DNA of 32,000 bases from Paramicrosporidium saccamoebae KSL3. Its lineage: Eukaryota; Fungi; Cryptomycota. The translations under genes and the position numbers were made by a program. Under the pieces are notes generated by a model. It did not search any database, had not been told where the DNA came from, and worked only from the letters and a program-made list of their open reading frames with translations. The stretch covers positions 40,793 to 72,792 of the forward strand of contig MTSL01000101.1 of the NCBI GenBank assembly GCA_002794465.1, given 5' to 3'. Shown in pieces: positions 19,930 to 31,881 of this stretch (its first letter is position 1; each line of letters begins with the position of its first letter).

Positions 19930-20279
19930 ATGCTGGCCGAAGACTGTCCGTGGTCATTCCATGAAATTGTATCAGGGAATACGTCGGTTTTATTTGCATA
20001 GAGCGCCGTCCTCAAAGACACTCTGAAGGCGAAATTCATCGACTCCAAGACCAAAGGTGAAGCCGTATTCCTGTGGTTACAACTGTGTCAGTTAGTGCAG
20101 AGGCAATGATTGCGGTTTCTGAGTACATGAATCTATTTGCCCAAGGTATTCACTGCCGAATTCTCCAGTTTGTAGAATTGGCCATGAGAACTGTGGCAGT
20201 CGCAAAGGCCCACAACTGCAGTTTTGTTGAAATTGAGCACATTGAAAGAGTTTTAGCCCAATTACTTCTTGATTTCTAA
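19930..20279 (+). CDS. CENPX: CENP-X/Mhf2 histone-fold protein, 83 aa
   Basis: Introns 19969-20001, 20057-20091, 20156-20185. KTKVSAEAMIAVSEYMNLFAQE...VEIEHIERVLAQLLLDF, the characteristic CENP-X C-terminus. Confidence 0.88.
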
Positions 20280-20305
20280 TTATGGTGTAACAATATATAT
20301 AGAGC

Positions 20306-21343
20306 ATGATAGGTTATATAAATGCCGGTCCTTTTGCGGATTGGTCAGTCGCTACAGCGGAAATGCTTTATGCAATAGCTCCTATACTGGCAACCATTGT
20401 CATCAGTGTTGTTCCCATTAGTGTCCTACTGTTTCTTCCCACCATAATATCCTCTCCTCCCCGTCGCAAGAGTACGGGCGAGCGAGGCTCTATGATTAGT
20501 AGTGCAGCTCTCAACCTCATGCTTTGTTTTGCGTCTGGCTCGTTAGTGGCTGACGCCCTGCTGCATCTACTTGCTGATAGCATTTTCGGTGATTTTCCGT
20601 CTGAGGAAAACACAAAGAAGCAAGCGCTTGCCACAGTTATCGGAATCTTTGTGTTCTTTGCAATGGACGTTATTACTCGATCCTTTCAGCATCATGATCC
20701 CCTTGACCACGACGACACGGGCCATTCCGAGCATCAAGGTTCCATTCTGTTGGCTCCATCAGGATCTTCCAATGTGAGCCGACGCAAAAGAGCAAATGGC
20801 GCCTCTCCTGACCTGCAGATGCTGAGCACAGGAAAGCCCAGTCCGTCGCCCGAGAGACATGCTGTCAGCGGTCATGCCTGTACTGGGAACGGCCTCTTGA
20901 GTCTTGTTGCCGATGCAATCCACAATTTTACTGATGGCCTAGCATTAGCTGCTGCTTTTGGGAAGGATTTTCGTCTCGGATGTAAAACGACATTGGCAAT
21001 CTTCCTCCATGAAGTACCACATGAACTCGGCGATTATGCAATTCTGGCAAAGGCGGGATTTAGCCACCGAAGAATTATCTTTATGCAATTTTTGACCGCC
21101 ACAGCCGCCTTTTTGGGAGTGTTTTGTGGGGTCGCTATCCACAATGGATGGTTATCGATGGGCCACTTTATCAAAGAGGACAATCTCTTGCCTTTTGCTG
21201 CCGGAGGTTTCCTGTACGTTGCGCTCTGTACAATACTGCCCGAGGTGCTGACTGATACCAGGACACCGCGTACATTCCTATCAAGCATATCCCAAATAGT
21301 TGTATTTCTGGCCGGCGTTTTATTGATGGTGATCTTAGAATAA
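20306..21343 (+). CDS. ZIP zinc transporter, LIV-1 subfamily (Yke4/ZIP7-like)
   Basis: CFASGSLVADALLHLL, His-rich loop, ADAIHNFTDG, HEVPHELGDYAIL, PFAAGGFLYVA. Confidence 0.92.
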   Translation: MIGYINAGPFADWSVATAEMLYAIAPILATIVISVVPISVLLFLPTIISSPPRRKSTGERGSMISSAALNLMLCFASGSLVADALLHLLADSIFGDFPSEENTKKQALATVIGIFVFFAMDVITRSFQHHDPLDHDDTGHSEHQGSILLAPSGSSNVSRRKRANGASPDLQMLSTGKPSPSPERHAVSGHACTGNGLLSLVADAIHNFTDGLALAAAFGKDFRLGCKTTLAIFLHEVPHELGDYAILAKAGFSHRRIIFMQFLTATAAFLGVFCGVAIHNGWLSMGHFIKEDNLLPFAAGGFLYVALCTILPEVLTDTRTPRTFLSSISQIVVFLAGVLLMVILE

Positions 21344-21429
21344 ATCGACTGAACAATTGCTTATAGGTGTACTGATACTCACACTGCTACACACCACTCA
21401 TATGTCGATTCAATTAGACTTGCTAGCGT

Positions 21430-22391
<962 letters not shown>

Positions 22392-22557
22392 TTATTAATT
22401 ACTGTCCTAGTGTGATGGTGAGGGCATAAAGACTCTTTATCGAAAGACTCGATCTTCTATATGCACACCGGCACCCAAAGCTATAGTAGACGGCTTAAGC
22501 CAAATGTATGATGATGGACACAATTTATTATAGAGAGAAGCACAGTATAAGAACGCT

Positions 22558-22994
22558 CTACTTCTTGCCAGCAGCCGACTTCTTGTGCTTCAGAGAACCA
22601 CGGACCTTCTTGGCACGGTTCTTCTTCTCCTTGCGCTGCTTACGTCCAGACTTGGTCACGGTAATCAGTCCTTGGCGAGCAAGACGATACTTGGGCTCAA
22701 ACTTCTTTGCCGCAACAACAGTGTCGTAGATGAGCGCAAAGCCAGTGCTCTTGCCACCACCGAATGCCAGCTTGAATCCGAAGACAACGATGGCATCCTT
22801 GTCACACTTGTACATGGTAGCGAGCTTCTCACGAAGAGCAACCTTGGCGACGGAAGCAGAGTTGGGGTGGACAACGTCCAAGACCATTTGCTTGCGCATG
22901 AGCAGGCGGTTGGTCATGAATTTGCGTGTACGGATGGTCACAGTGGATGCGTCAGCCTATAGGTTTCCAGTTGGACAGAAAAAATTTTTACCAT
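22558..22994 (-). CDS. RPS24: 40S ribosomal protein eS24, 133 aa
   Basis: ATG followed by 35-nt intron 22991-22957. [35 protein letters not shown]. Confidence 0.98.
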
Positions 22995-23071
22995 AGTGGA
23001 CAGTCCTTTGACGAAGTGAGAGGCCGACCCTGGTCACGGCGGATATTATATTCCTTCCTCGTTCAGATACT

Positions 23072-23626
23072 ATGAAGAATATCCGCAAGACTGCGCTAAC
23101 AGCTGATTCAGATACTGAGATAGTTGACTTGGATGCTGAGACGGTTAACTCGGTCGCTGACATGAACTATTCAAAGATCGAAGAGCTGGCCAAGAAAGTC
23201 AAACCCGTCAGGGTGAGTTCAAAGAAGGGAAAGAAATTTGCAGACAAGTCCTTCATGATGTCTCTGGTGGATTCTGTGAACAAAGTGCAAGAGGAAAAGA
23301 TTCAAAGCACTCTTGAGCGTGAATCTGAGATTCTTAAGAGGCTTACACAGAGAGAAAATAACAAGTCCAAGAAGCGGGAGACGAAGAGTGACAAGGTAAA
23401 GAGGATGAAGGACAGGCTTCAAAAAGGCGGAAAAGGGAAGGGAAAGGGACAGGATAAAGAGAAAGGAAGGGGGCAGGATAAAGGGAAAGGAAAGGGAGAT
23501 CATAGGAACTTTGACGGCCCAAAAGGGGCCTCTAAAGACGCGACGCGACCGGGTGCCAAAGGGGGCTCGGGAGTGGGCAAAGGCAAGTTTGGCGACAAGC
23601 CTAGAAAGAAGGTATCCTTCAAGTAG
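23072..23626 (+). CDS. LOC1: Loc1-like 60S assembly/export nucleolar protein with GK-rich tail
   Basis: KKGKKFADKSFMMSLVDSVNKVQEEKIQSTLERE resembles the Loc1 core (KKGKxFxDD...M...I...E..IESK). Lys-rich helix and low-complexity GKGKG repeats. Confidence 0.62.
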   Translation: MKNIRKTALTADSDTEIVDLDAETVNSVADMNYSKIEELAKKVKPVRVSSKKGKKFADKSFMMSLVDSVNKVQEEKIQSTLERESEILKRLTQRENNKSKKRETKSDKVKRMKDRLQKGGKGKGKGQDKEKGRGQDKGKGKGDHRNFDGPKGASKDATRPGAKGGSGVGKGKFGDKPRKKVSFK

Positions 23627-23692
23627 TGTCGAGAAGGGTTGCATAGATGTAGAGTAGTAAAATTCTATTATGTGTGTGTATGCGCGGCACGA

Positions 23693-24031
23693 CTATAGGT
23701 TAAACTTACTGGTCCATTGTTCGAGCAGGGCGGTTAACGAGTCTCGGTACTGCATGCCGACAAAAGCAACTCCCAAGAAAAAGACCAACTGCATGAGGAA
23801 GGAAGAGACTGACCAAATCATTCGACCAAAGCGCCAGATTGACGAAAAAAAGACGTACGCGCAGACGACACCGGCGAGGATTACCGAGTAACGGGTGGTT
23901 GTATCCAGTCCCAAAAGGTACTTCCATGGAACCCACTGGGAAAGCTGAAAAGCTTTGTCGTTTAGCACCTTGGAAAGCAAAAACTGCTTCCAGGATAAAA
24001 GTTGCGCGAGGATTTGCTCTTGAGAGGGCAT
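23693..24031 (-). CDS. Small two-TM membrane protein (112 aa), Apq12-like
   Basis: ATG 24031. Two hydrophobic helices linked by an amphipathic basic segment (SVILAGVVCAYVFF-SSIWRFGRMIWSVSSFLMQ-LVFFLGVAFVG), the layout of nuclear-envelope Apq12. Confidence 0.5.
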   Translation of the reverse strand: MPSQEQILAQLLSWKQFLLSKVLNDKAFQLSQWVPWKYLLGLDTTTRYSVILAGVVCAYVFFSSIWRFGRMIWSVSSFLMQLVFFLGVAFVGMQYRDSLTALLEQWTSKFNL

Positions 24032-24097
24032 CAGGACCAACGTAGTGGTTAAAGGAATATGTATTTATCGTTTAATTTGATTTTATGCGTTCATTGA

Positions 24098-26016
24098 TCA
24101 ATCAATATGTTTCTCCTCACCAGTTGACCTCGAATCGCTCGTAATTACGTTGATATTCTTGGCTGACTCGATTAAGAAGGTCCCTGGAAGCTTTCCCTCT
24201 TCAATCAAACTGCGAGGCAGGCGTAAAATGGCATCCTCAATGATCAAGTTGACGGCATGAATTTGGACTAATTCTTCGTCGCCATCCTGCTCAGAAGCAA
24301 TTGTTACACGAAGAGGCCCGACCAAAGAAAAGTGCTTCTTGCCTACCTCAGTTTCATTCTGATTCTTCTCCGCACTCTGATTTTTTTCTTCCTCTTTGTT
24401 CTGACCTTCGTCTTCACTCGGATCCTCCTCTTCACTGAACAAGGTTTTAATAGGTTCGACGACAGGCGATGTTGTGGTTATGGGATTTTCTTCAATAATG
24501 TCCTGAGAGTTCTGGCTGTTACCTTCAGTGGCAAGTTCGATCACATTCTCCTCACTATTCTCCACAGCCGTCTGTTTAGCACTTTCAGTTTCTGTACCGG
24601 TCTCCGCGTTCACGACTGGAGGAATTTGGGTAGTAATGTCAGTTGCGTCAGTCTCGGGCGACACATCATCAGACTTTGACGAGTGCGACTCAGTCTTTGC
24701 AAGGTCTTCAGAGAATTCGGGCGCCTCGTTCTCAAAACTTCTGTAGGAAGGCCCTTCAGGACTTTCAGCGACTTTGAAATGTCTTGTCCTGGTCGATCTG
24801 GAACTTGAAGAAGCGGGAACTATGGTACTTTGGGGATTGGCAGATCCATGCAAGCCATCCTCTACACCGGCAGCCTCTAAAGCGGGGACCAAACTGCGTG
24901 CTTGTGCAGAATCATCCTCGTCAGAGTCCTGGCTATCATCCTCCCAGTCTTGAACGAAATTTGACTCACGAGGTTCTGGACTACGACTCTTGCTAGCGCG
25001 GGGAGATTGGGCTTTATCAACTTTGTGAACTAGGCTGGGACTCACACTAACACGGGGCGATTTGGCTGCTTCGTGATGGGGACTGGGGCTCTTGCTAGCA
25101 CGAGGAGATTTAGCTTCATCTGTTCCGCGAGCTGGACTGGGACTCTTGCTAGCATGAGGAGATTTAGCTGCTTCGTGATGGGGACTGGGGCTTTTGCTAG
25201 CATGGGGAGATTTAACTGCTCCACGATCGGGGCTGGGACTTTTGCCGGCACGAAGAGATTCGGCTTCATTGACTTTATGGACTGAACTGGGACTCACACT
25301 GATACGGGGAGATTTGGCTGTTTCGCGATCGGGGCTGGGACTCTTGCTACCAAGGGGAGACTTGACTTTATCTGTTCCGCGGACTGGGCTGGGGCTCTTG
25401 CTAGCACGAGGAAATTCAGCTATTTCGCGAGCTAGGCTGAGACTCTCGCTAGAATGAGAAGACTCAGATTCCTTCGACTTGCGATCTGGGCTGGGACTCT
25501 TTCTAATATGGGGAGATTCAGATCCCTTCGTTTCGCGGGTCGGACTGCGGCTAAAGCGGAGGGCACTATTTAGGGGCCCTTCAACGGGGACCACCAATTC
25601 ACGCGATTCTGGACTATCTGGGTAATCCACGATGCACGGAGAAACGGCTATTACGTAAAGTTAACACGTGCTTTGAGTACCATCGGTAGTGCATACACGG
25701 ACATCACCAGTAGGAGGGCCGCTCAGAACGCTGCATGTTTGGCCTTCTTCATTCTGCTCAACTGCCTTGCACCGATTAAAGGGAACATCGCTGATTAGAT
25801 TTCCGTCAGAATCGTACTAATGAATTGTTAGTAAATTCCAGACAGGCATACAATGAGGACACCGTCTTCGGTACGCTCAATTCGGCACTTAAAGGTCCCC
25901 TCTTTCACAAAGGACGTAAAAGTACAAGTAATGTACGATACGTTGGATTCAGAAGCATGGACTACAAACGCCCCTAGAGCACAGAGGACAAGCGACACAA
26001 GCGATCCACCCCACAT
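24098..26016 (-). CDS. Secreted/surface orphan protein (about 616 aa): signal peptide, 6-Cys domain, KSPSP tandem repeats, acidic Thr/Glu region, C-terminal globular segment
   Basis: Exons 26016-25852, 25816-25681, 25647-24098. Intron 25851-25817 carries a perfect TACTAAC; intron 25680-25648. Links ORFs 25828..26016 and 24098..25630 in frame. Confidence 0.8.
24985..25555 (-). repeat. Degenerate coding tandem repeats encoding KSP(H/R)ASKSPSP units
   Basis: Recurring plus-strand unit GGGACTGGG(G/A)CT(C/T)TTGCTAGCA(C/T)G(A/G)GGAGATTT near 25080, 25133, 25180 and variants; peptide spacing about 15-18 aa. Confidence 0.9.
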
Positions 26017-26199
26017 ATTTCACTGACTATCGTTGTGGCTTTTAGTAGCTGTTTTAATGATGTGCTAATTTTCCTAATCGGGGAGATCCTATCTACGGCA
26101 GTACGATAATTCAAATGGCCTGGACCAATCACATCAAGAAGATGGTATCTAGATCGGGTAATTTTCCTTTATTTTACAAGTTCACGGATATGCCGCGCC

Positions 26200-26880
26200 T
26201 CATTTTTTTCCGGTCTGAATGATACTTAACAAGTCCTTCCAGACATTGTCGGGAGCCTTGGAGGCGTCCAGACGCGACCAAATCCCCTTATTGCGGTAAT
26301 AGTCTATGACTGGTGTAGTCTGCTGGTGATACGTCTCCAGACGTTTGCGGAGGGTCTCTTCATTGTCGTCGGAACGACGAATCAACGGGTCTCCGGTGAC
26401 ATCATCTTTTCCAATTACCTTTGGGGGCTGGAATTCCTCGTGGTAGGTGCGTCCGCTTGGTGGATGAACCAGCCGCCCACAGATACGACGGACAAGTAAA
26501 GAGTCGTCGACTTTAAACTCAATGGCATGGTCCAAGGTCTGCTTATTTCTCGTCATCATTTCATCAAGCTTCTGGGCTTGGCCAACAGTACGTGGGAAGC
26601 CGTCAAGAATGAACCCATCACGACATTCAGGTGCCTTAATGGCCTCACTGATAAGGTCGACCATCACCTCGTCAGGAACCAGCTTTCCCTCATCCATAAT
26701 AGCTTTTGCCTTCTTTCCAACGTCGGTTCCGTTGGCCACGGCAGCGCGCAGCATATCTCCTGTCGCCAGGTGGCAAATACGATAATTGTCCTTGAGCCGT
26801 GGAGACTGAGTGCCCTTACCAGAGCCCGGAGGCCCAAGAAACACTAACCGAAGTCCGCCGTTGGGAGTAAAGTTGCTCAT
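26200..26880 (-). CDS. ADK1: Adenylate kinase (Adk1/AK2 type), 226 aa
   Basis: [61 protein letters not shown]. First ATG at 26880. Confidence 0.97.
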   Translation of the reverse strand: MSNFTPNGGLRLVFLGPPGSGKGTQSPRLKDNYRICHLATGDMLRAAVANGTDVGKKAKAIMDEGKLVPDEVMVDLISEAIKAPECRDGFILDGFPRTVGQAQKLDEMMTRNKQTLDHAIEFKVDDSLLVRRICGRLVHPPSGRTYHEEFQPPKVIGKDDVTGDPLIRRSDDNEETLRKRLETYHQQTTPVIDYYRNKGIWSRLDASKAPDNVWKDLLSIIQTGKK

Positions 26881-27294
26881 TCTGCCTTGTTGTGACGCCA
26901 CGGGCTGGTTCGTCGGAGTCGTAAATAGCCGTCAACAGACCAGGGCAACAATATCTTATTTTTTATCGCATGACTCGTTCCGTGCAACGCCCCGCCCTGG
27001 AGTACAATATGCTTTGTTGTTAGCCGTGCAGATAAGCGCTCCAGTCTCGACTATTGGACTGCCTGCAGAAACACAAAGAGTCTCTATATCTCACAATATT
27101 ACAATCTTTCTCGACCACAATCCTGGTGGCACACAACCACTATGGATCGGTGCAGTGGAATAAATGCATTCTCATTATCTGTCATGTTCGCATCTGTATT
27201 CGGATTGAATAACGGTCGACGCCTATTGGCGGGAATCGAGATAAACGAAAAATGGCGGCATTTCTTTTATCGGCCGCACTTCTTCACGACTTAC

Positions 27295-28287
27295 ATGGCG
27301 CGGCGTAGTAAAAGCTCCATTATGCCTCGAAAGAATCGGGGCCGGCCCGGCACCGCCATTGCCCGCAAACAGACGGAAAATGAGTCTCCGTTGAAGGGTC
27401 GGGGAAACAAAGGTAGATAGTCTGGACCAGCCTTTGAGAATGTAGCATTTAGTACTAGCGACACGGAGGCGGCCATGGAAGATACATTTGGCGAGAATTT
27501 GGAAAATTCCAAGAAGCCAGAGCAGAAGAGTCCCGTAAAATGTACTGTTGAAAGAATTCTACCGTAATCTCTAGCCTCTCGAACTGCGACGAGGAAATTA
27601 ACATCAAGTCCAAGAACAAAATCCTCTCCTCGTACTGCCACTCTGGCCAGCTCGCCGTCCCCTCGACCTGTCAAAAGAGCGACCCAGAAATCCACTTCGC
27701 CAGTCAAGCGGAAGCTTCCACTGAATCCATCATCATCCGAGATAATTGACGAACTGCGGGAAAAGTTCCAGCAACTCAATATGCTCCGCACGACCGCCGC
27801 CGAAGCTTTACTGGAGGAGTACAAGAAATCTGCCGAGGATCGCATTAAGGCTGCCGAGCGGGTCATTGAAGGACTTCGAAAAGAAAACGAGTCGTTGCGG
27901 AGGAAGGCAGAGAGTGGGCCAGCGAGGTCGGCGCGGGTTTCAGATGTTTCAGCAGTGTCTGCAGATCAGACAAGCGGGCTGAGGCCGATTGTGGATTTGT
28001 ATGGGCGTCTTTCCGGGCTCGAAATTTTGTCTGATCTTGAGACGGAAAATCTGTGGCATTGTTCAATTAGTGGTCGGCAAGGAGATTTCACCTTTGATCT
28101 TTCCTTGGAGGAGGAAGAGCGCCAGTATAGCTATGTTCCCACATTCTCCACCAAAACGCCGATCTCCTCTCGTCTACCGGCATATCTGCAGGAAGAGATT
28201 GTCTTTGACTGCGATCAGTTGCAGCTTTTCTTTTGGCGCGCACTTAATTTTTTGATGTCTACTCCCGTTGCCTCTAATAACAAGTAA
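27295..28287 (+). CDS. CSM1: Monopolin/cohibin subunit Csm1/Pcs1, about 308 aa
   Basis: Exons 27295-27412, 27446-27541, 27575-28287 (two 33-nt introns). Coiled coil LRTTAAEALLEEYKKSAEDRIKAAERVI, then RWD-like end DLYGRLSGL...YSYVP...LPAYLQEEIVF...FFWR. Confidence 0.78.
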
Positions 28288-28291
28288 ATCT

Positions 28292-28510
28292 GTACTGTTT
28301 GGTTTCAGAATGCTCTATTTTTTTGCTCCTCGGACGCTCATTGCTTGGTCTCAAAATGATCTATTGTTTGGTTTCAGAGTGCTCTATTTTTTAGTTCCTG
28401 AATGCCCTATTGTTTGGTTTTAGAGTGGCCTCACTCTAGTTTAACTTTAAATGACCTCACTATTGTTTGGCCTCGTCCTATAGCTCAACTTTAAATGACC
28501 TCCCTCTATT
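28292..28510. repeat. Degenerate 22-24-bp minisatellite between convergent CSM1 and EFL1
   Basis: Units such as ctattgtttggtttcagagtgct (28361), ctattttttagttcctgaatgcc (28384), ctattgtttggttttagagtggc (28407), related units at 28292, 28315, 28339, 28460; AACTTTAAATGACCTC occurs twice (28443, 28487). Confidence 0.8.
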
Positions 28511-28520
28511 TGTCTAATCG

Positions 28521-31497
28521 CTACTTTTTAAGAGTGCGTTGCTTTTCAGCAAACTGTACAACTCGTCGTTCTATAAAAAGCCCCTTTCTCTCTCGTATCT
28601 TGATTAAATGGCGCATGGCCAAATTGTCCAGTCCGTCGCCATGGGAGCCATAATCTTCCAGTTCCTCTTCAGTCACAGGTATCCAATACGGATCTTCAGG
28701 GAGCGTTTCGAATCCAGCAAACATTAACTGAGGAATCGCAACTCCAGCCGTTCTTCCTCGGAGATCGTCGGCGAAACCAAAACTCTCTGCTACGGGAAGG
28801 AGTGAATTTACGGTGAAAAACCCAGTTCCTTCATGGTATTCTTCATCTAGCACTCGGCCGTGTCTCCGTCCCAAGGCAGAATAGACTTTGCCGAGCATTT
28901 CAGCAGTTGTTTGAATTGCGCAACGATAGACTGCAAGCATCATCCGAGGGGACCAAAACAAAAAGGAGGCTTCAAACAGCGTTCGACTCAGAGAGATTAG
29001 CTGAGCCGCCAATTGAGTTCGAGCCCTGCATCTCTCCTCTTCGTCATCTGGAAGATCAATCAACTCAAAAGTCTCGACCAAAAAAGCCACCCCCATCATG
29101 GGCTCATGTGCTAGAGGCCCCTTTTCTGTAATGACTTGAAATCCTGTCAAGATGCTCGACTGAAATGGCTTGAGATCAGTACCAGGGACAAAAAACGTCC
29201 CTGGATCGGTACTGCAGAAACGTGTACTACACATTAGCATATTGGGGCCCTCCCTTCTAGGTCCAAAGGCCCAAATATTTTTTGGCGAAAAATCTATATA
29301 TAAGACAGCTGAAGATGGTCTTACCAGGCCAAGGAGCAGGACAAGAGTCAAGAATTGCTCTAATTTCATCCTCAATTTTGTGCAATTCTTCGAGTTCAAG
29401 ACGAGCAATTTCTTTGAGGATTTGACGATGCTGGACGATATAGTCTAAAAGCGATTCCGGGATTGGCATGGCTCTGGCACCAATTCGACAATTCCCTTCA
29501 ATTGTAGTCAAAGTGATCATACCATCATCCTCTCTTACTGAATCACTGAACCCAACATGAACCTTCCACAAGTCTTCATTACGACTCTTCTCACAAGAAA
29601 TAGTTTCTCTGTAAGGAACCATCGGAGACGACACGATTATGTCAACACCAGTTTTCGTGTATTTTTCAGAAAGATCTTTCAGGCACTGTTCCAAGTGCAG
29701 CTCGCCAGCAGTGGCCAAGATATGTTCACCATTTTCTTCTTGTAAAAATGTTTCTGCGCATGGATCTGCTTGGCAGAGCAATTCAAGACCCGCAACCACT
29801 TCGGCAAGATTTTCAAGTTGAGCAGGACGAACCGCGACTTGCACAATTGGAGCAATCTCACCTCGAGGCGTCTCCAATAGGGGACAATCGGGATCCGAGG
29901 AAAGGGTAGCAGACTTTTTAATATATTGACCAATTCCGCCGATTCCAAAAATGGTCCCGGTGTGAACTTGGTCAACTGGCTCCAGGTCGCGGCCCATCAG
30001 GAGAAATAGCTCGGATATCACAATTTCTGTGACCTGGCGATTCTTTCCAGGCAAGTGTTTAGGCTCAAGAATGTAAATCTTTTGCCCAACTGAAAGCGTT
30101 CCGTGGAAAATCCGAGCCATCCCAACAAGCTTTTCAGTAGATTCTTCGGAAGATGCATCGAGATTAAACATGGCTTCAGCGAGATCTTCAACTGATGGAT
30201 TACGAGACGGCATTCCCGAGGATCGCCCTTTCTGCATGGTTACTGAGAAAAACTTTGAAACGAATGCAACCATAGGTGCTTCTTCAGGATGTTCTGGAGA
30301 CGCCAACTTGTCAATGATAGCGCGGGAAGCGGTGGGGAGCTGATCATTGTTTTTGATGATTGAGGAGAGTCGGATTCGATTGGATTCCAGGGGAGATGGG
30401 ATGTGCTTGATAATCACGTTAAAGACAGTCTCTGCCAGGGGAAGCCATTGGCCCAGAACTGACCGCAAGACTGCTTTGCCATCCTTTGCCTTTAACTCTC
30501 TCGCTGATAATTTGGCACGGGTCTGCGACGAAATCTTTTCAATCTTTGATTCATTCCAGTTCAAAACTGATGCATCGTAAACTGCCCAAATAGCATCAAG
30601 AACAAACTGAGCAAACATGGTCTTTGTCAATCCTTGAGGCTCTGCAGCCTTCTTGGGGAGCACCTTTTTCGTCTTGGCATCAAAGTAGAATTCTCCCCAC
30701 AGGGTCTGTCGAAGGGCAGATGCTTTCATGTCAAGTTTCTGAGAGTATATCTGGACAAATTGTTCAATTGTACAAGCCCATCCATCTGTGCTGCTGGCAA
30801 AAATGACATTTCCAACGAGTGGATCGAATACATTTGTATTGGCTGTGCCCAACGCATCGTCCAAGGCCTCCTCAGTCTCTTCTTCATCCTCTTTTAATGT
30901 GGCTTGCGCAGCATTAACCTGTTCCAACAGTCTGAACAGCCAATTTGCAGCGTCAGCCGTCGACATTTTCAACTCAGTGACTAGCCGATCGATCTTGTTG
31001 ATCACTAGACACGGCGTTAACCGCTCCCTCTTGGCCTGCCGAAGGACAGCCATAGTCTGGGTGCAAATCCCTTCGACAGCATCTACCAGTACTAGACAGC
31101 CATCTACAAGTCTCGCGGCTGTAACAACTTGGCGTGAAAAATCCACATGGCCGGGCGAGTCTATGAGGTTGATAGCATGTCTCTGTACATTATCCGGCGA
31201 AATTGGGGCATCGTACAGCAGTGTAATAGCGCTCGCCTGCATCGTAATTCCCCTCTGTTGTTCATCTTCACGACTATCCATATACCTCAGACTGCCTGCC
31301 TGTTTAAAGGAAATAATCCCGTTGGATGCTAACAACGTATCTGTCAGCGTGGTTTTCCCGTGATCGACATGCGCCAGGATACACACATTCCTTATCCGTT
31401 TCGGGTGCGCCAAAACGGGCTCTATCAGCGCCCTGTTGACGCGGAGACTTCCCATAACGGGAGTTCCGGAGGGACTGGAGACGCGACTAAAGCTCAT
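28521..31497 (-). CDS. EFL1: Elongation factor-like GTPase Efl1/Ria1 (60S maturation), about 970-980 aa
   Basis: IRNVCILAHVDHGKTTL, RGITM, NLIDSPGHVDF, INKIDRL. A 31-nt intron 29324-29294 joins the two ORFs. IWAFGP, GFQVITEKGPLAHEPM, LPVAESFGF and C-terminal KQRTLKK distinguish it from eEF2. Start is ATG 31497 or 31455. Confidence 0.95.
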
Positions 31498-31515
31498 TTA
31501 GCGGGCTCCCTGGTC

Positions 31516-31881
31516 ATGGTGCCAGTGAAAGAAACAAACGAACTTTCCAAAGCGGAAATCGAATATTTGTTGCAGCAGAGCGCGCATAATTCCCTTTTTA
31601 AGTGTAATGTCAGATGTCCAGTGGATAGTGATCATATTATCGACATTTCTCATCTAGCATCCCACGTGAGCAATTGCCGCCGAGTATAAGCTGACCTGCT
31701 GTTTTGTTCATCAGTTTAGAGAAATGCCCATTTGGGCCACAGAAAGTGTCCAAATAATGAATTTCACTACACAACACCAGACAAGCTGAAGGAACATGTC
31801 CAAACATGTCCAGATGAAGCAGTGACAACTAAATCCGATGACAAGACCATTGCAATCGTATCTTATTCGATGAACAGCTAA
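31516..31881 (+). CDS. Small protein with two tandem CHHC (U11-48K-type) zinc fingers, GTSF1/Asterix-like
   Basis: Exon 31516-31683, 36-nt intron 31684-31719 (GTATAA, CTGAC branch-like, TTTAG), exon 31720-31881. Fingers CPVDSDH-IIDISHLAS-H-VSN-C and CPNNEFH-YTTPDKLKE-H-VQT-C, both C-x5-H-x9-H-x3-C. The 3' end may extend via further introns. Confidence 0.75.

Noticed and set aside
26970-27294. Long open frame upstream of CSM1 (ORF 27142..27420 start) and ORF 26810..27163
   Set aside because: No recognisable motifs. ATG 27295 gives a coherent Csm1, so this is treated as the ADK/CSM1 promoter region.
28292-28510. CRISPR-like repeat array
   Set aside because: Units are adjacent with no unique spacers, they are degenerate, the context is eukaryotic and there are no cas genes.
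29257-29408. Apparent frameshift/pseudogene in EFL1
   Set aside because: Resolved by a canonical 31-nt GTAAGA...TAG intron (29324-29294).
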